A stretch of DNA of 64,000 nucleotides from Gekko japonicus (lineage: Eukaryota): the NCBI RefSeq assembly GCF_001447785.1, contig NW_015166439.1:1-64000 (forward strand), read 5' to 3'. The position numbers and the translations under genes are program-made. Positions 34,401 through 44,500 of this stretch are shown here, one piece after another. Below the pieces are notes generated by a model that was given only the letters and a program-made list of their open reading frames with translations, was not told the origin of the DNA and made no database searches. Each line of letters opens with the position of its first letter. Positions within the stretch are counted from its first letter, which is position 1.

Positions 34401-35371
34401 CAAACCTGGATGCCAACCTAGACAGACCACGGGTCTGACCCCCACCCCACCCTAGTGGAACGGGCGCCCATTCAACTTTCCTACTAGAACAATTAGTATG
34501 CTGAGAAGGAAAGCATTTCTTAGAGCCTGAAAATATTGTTAGATCCCATATTGTTTATGGATGCCCAACTGGTGTCTTCAACCAAAGTCCTTGCTCCATT
34601 GGTGTACCAGCATGTGCCCCTTTGTGAAAAAGGATCACTGTACCTAGAGATGGAGGGGGGACAGGAAAATTCAAGGGGAAAATTCCCCCCCCCTTTTTTT
34701 CCTGAGGGGGGCCCCCCCCCCAATTTTTCCAACAGAAAAATTGAAAATTCTTGGGAGTACTGAAAAAAAATTCTTATGAACTATTTTGTCTTTTAGAATG
34801 AGTGAAACACTTTTAAAGACAAGGTGGGCATACTGTAGAGGTATACAGCTCTTAAATACAAGATATTTCTGTACCTAAAATGATACCAAATCTTCATGAG
34901 GGAAGCATGGCTTTCACTGCTTCTGTGGCCTTTTGACCTGATGGTTCTCTTGTGATTGACCTTTTCACCTCTCCCTCAAACCACTGTGACACACATACCC
35001 ACAGATTGTGTATCAGGTAGCTTATTGCCCTATCTTGCTGGAGAGGTAAAATATAAGAAGGAGTTGGAGCAGAAACTGCACCAAACCCCCAAAGGAAAAC
35101 TTGGGGTTTCACCGAGAACTGAACTCTCTAACCCAGGGGTGTCAAACATGCAGCCTGGGGGCCAGATTAGGCCCCCGGAGGGCTTCTATCAAGCCCACAG
35201 TGGAACTGGCTGTCTTCTGCTTCTTCCAGTTCTGCTGCTGCTGCGTCATCGTAGGTTTGCAGCTTACAGATACACACCTGAACAGCATACTCAAGATTGC
35301 AACACCACAGACATTTTGATGCAATAATTCAGAGCAAGAAGTGTCAGTTATTAGACACTGTTAAATAAAAT

Positions 35372-36351
35372 AGCAGTTCAAGACCTGGGTGCCGCATGAT
35401 GGAGTGAGCTCCCATCTCTAGTTCCAGCTCCTGCCAACCTAGCAGTTCAAAAGCAAGACATTGCAAGTAGATAAATAGGTACCACTTCAGTGGGAAGGTA
35501 ACAGCGTTCCGTGCGCCTTGGTGTTTAGTCATGCTGGCAGGGCCCCAGCTTATTTTGCACCCTAAGCGAGGATCCCTTCAGGCACCCCCCATGCACTGCC
35601 CTCCCATGCGCCCCCCCTCCCCCTGCAATGCCAGTAGCTCAGAAAGTAGTATTTTTGCTCACAGGACTCCACAGCTTAGAGGGAACATTGCACAGGAGTG
35701 TAACCATTTATCCAGGCAACTTTGTCAAAAACATTTTGTGCAGCGCAAGCGAGACCAGCTGCTCCCCGACACACACTCTCTAGCAAGACGACTTCCTCGG
35801 AGATGGCCGGTGGTGCCTCAGCTGGGAACTTTTGCGGAAGGAGGAAACCCACGCTGGAAGGCAAAAGCCTCAAATTGCAGCTTATTCGGCCAGGGTTTCA
35901 TTCGCCACCCCCCCACACACCTCTTTCATGTCCGTGGGCCCGCTCCCCCGCCCCTCCCATTCAAGGAGGCCCTTCTTGTGTGTGTGGGGGGGTGCCATTC
36001 CAGATCTCAGGGAGAGGAGAAATGGGGGGGTTGGTGCAGAGGACGCTGCGCTTGCAGTCAGCGCTTCTGGGTGCACTTGCCGGACTCAGGGAGAAAGAGG
36101 CGGTGGCGGTCACCCAGTCAGGGCTTTTGGCGGGGGGGATTTGGTGGGGGGGTGCACTTTGGCGCCCTAAGGGCCTGCCCGCCCTAGGCGAATGCCTAGT
36201 TCGCCTAGTGAGCCGGCCCTGCATGCCGGCCACATGACCACGGAAACGTCTTCAGACAGCGCTGGCTCTTCAGCTTTGAAAAGGAGATGAGCACCGCAAC
36301 CCTAGAGTCAGATTCGACTGGCTTTCGAGCAAGGGAACCTTTACCTTTACC
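35372..36351 (+). mobile_element. Sauria SINE, split by a hAT insertion
   Basis: CCAGCTCCTGCCAACCTAGCAGTTC..AGATAAATAGGTACC..GTCATGCTGGCCACATGACC..(ACCTTT)n tail. Confidence 0.85.
35538..36221. mobile_element. GC-rich hAT MITE inserted in the Sauria SINE
   Basis: CAGGGCC ... GGCCCTG termini; TSD CATGCTGG / CATGCCGG. Confidence 0.8.
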
Positions 36352-36499
36352 TGGCATTACATTTTATGACACACATGGCCTAGCCCAACAAGGTCTCATT
36401 TATGTAAGATCTGGCCCTCATAACAAATGAGTTCTACACCTCTGCTCTAACCAGTAGCTACAGAAGAAAGAAGACAGCATCTAGCTGGAACGACATCTA

Positions 36500-37053
36500 G
36501 CTGTGCAGTGGTGGCACAGTGAGTATATCCCACTGTCTTAACATCTGAACTGTGTTAGTTCAAGCCCCGCGCTGGTGTGAGCAGCCAGCCTGTTGTCCCC
36601 AGCTCATCGTCCACCCAGCGATTCGAAAGCTTTAGTGAGTAGATAAAATGGGAACCACTCCTTAGCGAGGGTGGGCACGCCAACCTCCCTTCTGGGAGGG
36701 CGTTAGCTGACGGTCGGACGCCTGGTCAAGGCTTGTAAGAGGCAAAACAGCTTCCCGGCTACGAAAAAGAACGCCTGCAATGGATGTTCCAGCCAGGCGG
36801 TGGCAGTGTGGCGATTGACATACGGGTCCTGAGGCCTGGCCAGCAAGCAGCCGTGCGGGAAAATGACGGAGCAAGCCAGAAGACGTCTACACCAGGCAGT
36901 GACGGCGCATGCAATTAAAGTCAATATATGTTGTCTTCCCTATCCCCTACGAACATTGTTAGTCCCTTGTCTATATATGGAGTAACTGTACATCGCTTTG
37001 AGCCCACTGGGGAAAGCGATTAATAAATGGAAAGTATTATTATTATTATTATT
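36500..37053 (+). mobile_element. Composite SINE: tRNA-like head, Sauria-like core, CpG-rich body, L2-like tail plus (ATT)n
   Basis: GTGGCACAGTGAG..GTTCAAGCC; CCCAGCTCATCGTCCACCCAGCGATTCGAAAGC..GAGTAGATAAAATGGGAACC; TGTACATCGCTTTGAGCCC..GGGGAAAGCGATTAATAAAT. Confidence 0.6.
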
Positions 37054-38113
37054 GACCATTTGTGTTACCATATTTTCCTGATCAAATAATATTTTTACAC
37101 AGCTTGTGTTTCCAGTTTAATTCCTATTTTTTCTACTTTTCACATAGCAAAAATTAAGGTATATGGGCTAAGCACTGGGTATATTTGCAATTTGGGTCGT
37201 AGAACATGAAGGTATTTATAACTATTAAATGCCATAAATATTTCAAAGACTACGATTTTACATGCTAAGTTATAAATGATGCATTTCCTGTTGTTAAAGC
37301 AGTAAAATTAGTTTAGGTTTGATATTATCATATATTTCAGGCTTTCCCCAAATTTCCATTCCCCTCCCCAAAAGGTGGAGAACACTCCCCCCCATGCCTT
37401 CCACATTCATAGAAACTTTACATCTCTAGTTGTATCACAGTTGCCCATGGCTCTCTGACATCAGGCTCCTCTCTACCATAGCAGATATTGTAAAATGTTT
37501 GGAAATTTCAACCAGTCCAGACTACAGCCACTGCCTTATTAAGGACCTGTTGCAGTGAACATGAAAGACTGGAAGCGGCTTTGAAAGGAAACATCACCAA
37601 GCCACAATTCAATGTATGTGCTGGTTTTGAATGACATGCTCTGGGAATCTTCTTCCAATAAACCTTCCCTGCCCTTGAGATCTTCATAGGTGGTTTTCCT
37701 TCTTAAATAAGGCAGGTGCCTCCAGAGAATGGCTCTTTCTGTGGTTGCACAGAAGAATGTTTGCCTGTCTGCCAGCTTGTTAAGTGCTGGGCGAATACCA
37801 TCGTGTCTCCTCCCCTACCTCTCAGCCTTTGTCATTATGGTCGTTTGCTTTTGTAAACAACCTTTTCCTTTCTATTAGGTCAGGCTGCCACTCAGATGGT
37901 TTTTATATTTTTTGAGATCTTCTGACTGCTGTGTATTATTTTCATTTCTACCTGCTGCTTTGCTGCCAACCATTTTGAAGATTTACGGGTAGAAATATGG
38001 CAATACACATTTTAAACACTGATTTCTCCTGGAGCAAATCCTGCTTAAGTTGCTAATGCAGTGGGAAGAAAGAGACTAAATCTTTTTTTGTTTTTCTTTA
38101 AAAAAAAAAAAGC

Positions 38114-38119
38114 TTTATT
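38114..38119 (-). terminator. Candidate SLC29A2 polyadenylation signal (implies a ~3.3 kb 3'UTR)
   Basis: AATAAA followed by a T tract after an AU-rich UTR-like stretch; other AATAAA hexamers lie nearer the stop. Confidence 0.4.
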
Positions 38120-38558
38120 GAATGGCAAAAATAAGCTAACTAAACTTCTCAGAGTTGTTCCACATTTTACAGGCAATATTTTTTATTTATTTTTTTAAAA
38201 AGATGAATACAACCTTAGGATAGAGGTCCTATTTACAACAGCTTAGGACTCTTCTTGGATCTCCCCACCCCACCCCACCCCATGCCAGGCTCTGATACAA
38301 AAAGCTTGAAAAGAGGTCGTTCCACAAAGTATAGACACTGCAAACAGTAAAATACATTAAAGATAATATTTTCACAATTGCTCTTTGATCATTAATAAGA
38401 CTAGTATTAAAACCAATGTTATCTAAAGCCAAGTCTGTTTATGAATGAAATGCGGGCAATTCAGAAATGTTTCACAGATTTAGACTGTGAAAACAAAATT
38501 GTAGCAGGGGTCTTCTTTTATTTTGGGGTCCAGGGGAAGGATCGCAACAAGTAAACAC

Positions 38559-38761
38559 AGAACAAAGTTTGAGTCCAGTGGCACCCTTAAGACCAACGAA
38601 GTTTCAAGGTATAAGCTTTTGTGTGAAAGCACGCTTCCTCAGATTGTGCTTGCACACAAAAGCTTATACCTTAAATAAAACTTTGTTGGTCTTAAAGGTG
38701 TCACTGGACTCAAACTTTGTTCTGCTGCTTCAGATCAACACAGCTACCCACCTGAATCTAT
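38559..38761. mobile_element. Fold-back Penelope-like element with decayed hammerhead
   Basis: Inverted arms of about 75 nt; perfect 14-bp TSD CAACAAGTAAACAC (38545-38558, 38762-38775). Confidence 0.85.
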
Positions 38762-39555
38762 CAACAAGTAAACACTTCAGACGTTTCCTCTTTTTTCGTT
38801 TGTGCAAAGAGGTCTGTGTTTTGCATAAATCAAGGCATGAGTAGTTGTGCAGGCTCCCCAGCAGGAGGCCAGGAAGTTATCTAAATCATAAGGCAGATCT
38901 AAGCATCTTTCACTCAGAAGCAGAACTCTTGAATGACTGTTTGGTGAAAGAGACAGACAGGTATCACACAGAAACATTCACTGGAGCCCAAGGACAGGAT
39001 ACAGCTTCCTGTCAAACGAAGGGCCCTATTATATATTACACTGCTTATGGAACTGCCCCAGGTCCTGCCAAGTAGACATGCACTGGAAAATTCCCACCAG
39101 CAGCACACGTGGAACCCACTGGTTCAAGCAAGTTCCTCCAGTGGGAAAACTGCAGCTTCCCAGGGGCAATCCAGGTCAAGAGAATGGTACGGGGAGAGGC
39201 CCTTCTGCTCATGTGCTGCAGTCATGATCCAAACTGGTCTCCAACATGAGTCATGACTGAGAATCTAAAGCAGGAAACCATACATAATGTGCAGTTAGGC
39301 CCTTGAGGTTCAGCTGCAAACCTGCAAACTCTCACATAAGGATGCTCAGGATTGCATCTTAAACAGCCAAAAATGTCTTTTGTCTAAAACAGGGATCGCT
39401 TTTATGTTACGGGGGACTATACACTTCAGCAGCCAGCCGCTCAGGGGCCAACTCATTCAAAGTGGTGAATACAGTATTAGAGGACATTTAATCAGAGTAA
39501 GCATTGCCAGCTACCGGTATCCAACACTGCCGTCAGTGACCTATGAAACCAGGGA

Positions 39556-39742
39556 GGGGTTGTGGCTCAGTGACAGAGCATCTGCTTGGCATGCACAAAG
39601 TCCCAGGTTCAATCCCAGGATCAGACAGTACGTAATGTGAGAGATCCCCACCTGAGATGCCGGAAAGCTGCTGCCGGTCTGAGTAGACAGTACTGACTTT
39701 GACGGACCAAGGGTCTGATTCAGTAGAAGGCAGTTTCATATG
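39556..39742 (+). mobile_element. tRNA-derived SINE (Squam3-like)
   Basis: Family match. Confidence 0.8.
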
Positions 39743-40261
39743 TAGCCCTGTTGTATTTTATTGCACTGTTGTGCTTATGTAAGCCGCCCTGAGCCCGCGT
39801 GCAGGGAGGGCGGGGGATAAATGAAATAAATAAATAAATGTGTCCTACCATGGATCTGGCTGCAGACTTGGAAGGCTCTGTGAGCTCATCTGCAGAACAC
39901 CTGCTTTGTACACAGAAAGTCTCAAGATCAGCCTCCAGTTAAAAGTACTTTAGGCAGCTGGGGTCATGAATGGCGAGCTCCTGCCGGGCCAAGTCAAAAA
40001 AGGCAGAGACAGGAGGTGGGTCATTCCGATTCTATATACGGGAGCTCTCTAAAGCCACCCTGTTTCTACAGCGCTTGCCTAACTGATTTAAAGCTGATTC
40101 ACATCTTTGTGTAGCTCCATGTAGCTTTCGCGCTTCTTTCCAGATAAGCCGGGAAGGGGGGCAAGACACTGTTATAATATGGAAATAAATGAAACGTAGG
40201 AACTGGGAGGGGGGGAGATTTGACCCACAGGCCACTACTTGCTGAGTCCTTGCCTAAATCA

Positions 40262-40448
40262 AAAGAAGTCCAGTGGGCACCTTAAAAAACTAAAAAAAAT
40301 TCCGGCGTTGAGTTTTCATGAATCAGAGCTCACTTCTTCAGATGCTCCAACTCACAAAAGCTCATGCTAGAATAAATGTTGTTGGTCTTTATGGTGCCAC
40401 TGGACTCTTGTTTTATTTTGCTACAGAAGACTAACACAGCTATTCCCT
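40262..40448. mobile_element. Fold-back Penelope-like element with hammerhead core
   Basis: AGTCCAGTGGGCACC ... GGTGCCACTGGACT arms; minus strand CTGAAGA..GAAA. Confidence 0.7.
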
Positions 40449-41475
40449 GTGCATAAATGAAAGCAGGCACAGAATGTGTCTGTGGTATGAACCTTCACTT
40501 GGGAGTTTTATGGGACACCAAAGCTTGTGTTATATTTACACAGCAAAGGAAGACACTTTCCCTTGCCAATTCCTGGCCTCTTTTTTGAATCAAGATTTCA
40601 ATCTCCTTCTTTCCATCTAAACCCAGAATACTTTATTCTTCTTGGCACAATGTACAAAACCATCCATGGGTGATGTAGAAATGGTTTCGCTTCTAGACTT
40701 CCACCAGTTCAAGCTTCAGTGAGGAAAATTATTCTAGGAGCCCAAAGGCGCTTCATTGTTCATTCGTTTGTCTGGAACTGGGAAAAGCTGCTACAGAATT
40801 TGCCTTGTGTTAAAGACAACTCGCTTTTCATTCAAGGTGGGCAAGTTTCTAGCCCTATGGTTACAATCAAAGAATGTATAACTACAAAGACTCAGTCACA
40901 CACAAAAATGGGTTTTTTTTAAATAAAGATTTTGGGTTGCCACAGATGGGAAGGAGGGCCGTCTCCGTCCCTCGTTTTAACACTGACTGTATACACTGTC
41001 ACCCCTCCCTTGCCCAGAGTCATCCTTCAGCAGTACATTCCACAAAGCAGTTTGTGCGTTAGACAATAATACTTCCTTCAGCTGGAAAGCAACGCAAAGA
41101 GAAAAGTCCCAGACGGGGATATTTTATACAAAGTCTCCCAGTCGCACACAAAAGGCAGTTGCCTCAGCCACTGCCGCCTTCCCTGAGCAAATTACTCCCC
41201 GTTCACATGTCTGAAAAATCCATGGCTCTTTCTGAAAATACATTCAGTCTCCTGGGTTAACAAGAAGGTGACTGAGTGAAACACACACACACCGCACACA
41301 TATACACATTTTCCCTTTGTTTGGAAGACAGTAGGTTGCCCCTCTAGGAAAACATTAGCTGCCATAAAGAGGGGACCTGGAGCAAAGACTGGAGAATGTA
41401 AATGGAGCTACCAGCCTCTCCTCGAGACTTCAAAATGAAGAAATGTCCAAGTTGTGACAGAATGGATGGCACCCT

Positions 41476-41587
41476 TCAAAGCAAGAATTTCAGGACGAAG
41501 GAGAGCCCAGCCCCACAGGAGAGCCCCAAGGCCAAGAAGAAGGTCATGATAGCACCCGCCAACTCACTCTCATGGGGCTGTACCTGT
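41476..41587 (-). CDS. SLC29A2: SLC29A2 last coding exon
   Basis: QVQPHESELAGAIMTFFLALGLSCGAGLSFVLKFLL*, 112 nt. Confidence 0.95.
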
Positions 41588-44500
41588 CTGAGGAAAGAAA
41601 GAGAAGGCGTTAGTCTCATGGGAAAGGGCCCACCTCTGTCGTTCTACCCTGGAGAGGCAATCAGTGCTGGGGTGGAACCCAAACGAGAGTCAATAAAAAT
41701 AACATTTTGATTCTTGTCATCAAGCAGCAGCTGACTGATGGCGAGACCCCGTAGTGTTTTCAAGGCAAGAGATTAAGAGAAGGGGTTTGCCATTGCCTGC
41801 CTCTGGTCCTTGCCACATGGGGGGAAAAAGTCGGGCAAAAGTGCGGCTTTTAAAAGCCACACCAAAATAGGCACGCGGCGGCGGGATCATACAGATTCTG
41901 TGAACCGCGGCGCAATTGCTCCCTGGCACGATCAGATGCCGGGGAGACAGCGACGGGAGGCTGCCGAACTGCACATGTCTGAGCATGCGCAGTTCGGCCA
42001 GGAGCTGGGGACGCGCCGGCGATCCCATGGCCGGCCTTGATGCGGCCTTGCCTGAAGAACCACCTCGGTAGGTGGTTTAGTTTTGCTGCGTGTTTTGGGT
42101 GGAAGGGCCGGATTGGGGACGGGTGCGCAACGCTTCCCAGATGTTGCGGTGGGATCGCGCCTGTTTGCTGCGCCCCCGATCCGTCCCTCTCCTGGCCCAA
42201 AACCTCTCGTGTGACCGGGGCCTCTGCACAGCAACCCCGGGCTTCCTTGGTGGCCTCCCATCCAAGTACTAACTAGGGCCAATTCTGCTTAGCTTCCAAG
42301 ATCTGTGTTATATGTATATTTAATGTAAGCTTCACTTTAATGACCACAAAGCGATTACACAGTAATACACAAGCAATACAAGAAAAAACTGTATAAAAAA
42401 CGTTATTGTATTTTGAATACTGATATTACAGTAAAAAGAGCCAGTTTGGTGTAGTGGTTAAGTGCGTGGACTCTAATCTGGGAGAACTGGGTTTGATTCC
42501 CCACTCCTCCACTTGCCCCTGCTGGATGACCTTGGGCAAGCCATAGTTCTGGCACAGCTGTTCTTGAAAAAGAGCAGTTTCTGTCAGAGCTCTCTCAGCC
42601 TCACCTACTTCACAGGGTGTCTGTTGGGGGGAGAGGAAGGGAAAGGAGTTTGTAAGCCGCTCTGAGACTCCTTTGGGTAGTGAAGGGCGGGGTATAAATC
42701 CAATCTCTTTTCTTCTTCTTCTACAGACACTGTTCATTTTGGTTATTCTTAGCTTCACTTTAATGCCACATCTTCTGAGGTAATTGTTAATCCTGTGTAG
42801 TATATTTTTATGAACCAGTCAGTCTGGTGTTCTCATTAATATTGATTTTATATTGTTTCTAAAGATGTTGTTAGCTGCCTTTGGGGCCTCTTGTGGAGAG
42901 AGCAGGATATAGGTGGCCAAAATAAATAGGGAAATGCCTAATTCAAACTCTCAATCCAAAGATATGTCATGAACACCACTGAATATAGTAACACGGTGCT
43001 TTTCTTCAGTCTTGGAAGTGTATTATGTGCCTCATTCTGTAACCTTTACCAGTACCCTGTAAGGTATGCCTATAGTAATCATGACACAGAGCCTAGGGGT
43101 AGGAGCTGCCTTGGGCCACAGAGTGGTGGGGTCAGGATTTTGGACTCCATTGATGAGTACTTGTGGGTGTGGCTCAGGGGTACAGCATCTGCTTTGCATG
43201 TAGAAGGTCCAGGTTCAATCCCTGGCACATGATGTGTAGGATTTCCATCCAAGATCCTGCAGAACAGTTGCTCATCAGAGTAGAGAATACTGACCTTAAT
43301 AAACTGCTGGTCTGACCCAGTAAAAGGCAGCTTCATGTGCGTTATAAACTAGTTTTCCTAACAGGAATGCTGACCTTTCTTTTCTTTTTTTTGTATTTGT
43401 GTGGGCGTGGGCGTGTGCCTGGAAGTCACGGTTGACTTCTGGCAACCCCTGGTGGGGCTTGGACATTACAGAGAGGTGGCGTCCTATTGCCTGCCTCTGT
43501 GTCTGGGCCCTGGTATTCCTTGGAGGTCTCCCTTCCAAGTACTTGCCAGGGTCGGCCCTGCTTAGCTTCCGAGATCTGACGAGATCGGGCTTACCTGGGC
43601 TATCCAAATCAGGGCAGGAATGTTGACCGTTTTGATGGTGATACTACATTTACGAACATCTCCCCCTTCCGGGGTGGGACTGGAGAGAGGGGCCATGGCT
43701 GAGTGGTAGAGCACATGCTTTGCATGCAGAAGGCCTGAGGTTCAGCCACTCGCATGTCAAGTTAGAAAGGCTCTCACGTGGCGGGGCTCGGAAAGAATGC
43801 CCTGCACTTGAGCTTGAGATGGGCACTGCCAATCAAATAGACAGTGCTGGACTGAAGGCCATTTTGAGCATATACACTCTTAAGTACTTTACTTAGTCCG
43901 TTCTTATCCTGCCCCTCCTCCAAGGGGTGGTGTACAGGGTTATCCCCTCCTCCATTTTATCCTCACATCAACCCTGCAAAGTACTTTAGACTGAGGTAGC
44001 AACTGGCCCAAAGTCAGCCCCCAATAAGCTTCATGGCAAGTGAGGATTCGAACCTGAGTCTCCCCAGATCCTTGTCTGGCATGGTGACCACTAAACCACA
44101 CTGGAATAACTATGCATTAATAAATAAAACTTTCCCAATGCACAGCTGGCCCAAGTTCTTTTTTAAACTTAATAGAAACTGAATAGCCGGCCTGAAACAG
44201 GAAATGAGGAGCAAAACTAATCTCTGAACCAACATCCATGATTTGATGCATTTGTCAAGTATAGACCCAATTCCAAGTCCTCGCATAAAAGTCACATAGC
44301 CACACTGAACTGGTCTTGAGCAAATCAGTCACCCTCAGTCTCTACCTTATCTATCACAGAGGACAGAATGCTCAAAAAAGCACTTATTACAATTTCTGGG
44401 GTGGGGGAAGAACATTGTTAGAGCTGATCAACTAACTCTATTGTTATATATAATTGCTGTTATGTTTTTATTGTTTTATGGATTTTATGTATGGGCTGTA

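Larger units (their letters stand above)
35134..36444. mobile_element. hAT (Charlie-like) element hosting nested insertions
   Basis: TIR CAGGGGTGTCAAAC / GTTCTACACCTCTG; perfect TSD CTCTAACC at 35126-35133 and 36445-36452. Confidence 0.85.

Noticed and set aside
35531-36237. Overlapping 171-218 aa ORFs
   Set aside because: They lie in a GC-rich nested MITE with few stop codons and show no protein motifs.
43520-43615. 5S rRNA gene
   Set aside because: Only the central 5S portion matches, diverged and fused to a SINE tail; not a functional rRNA gene.
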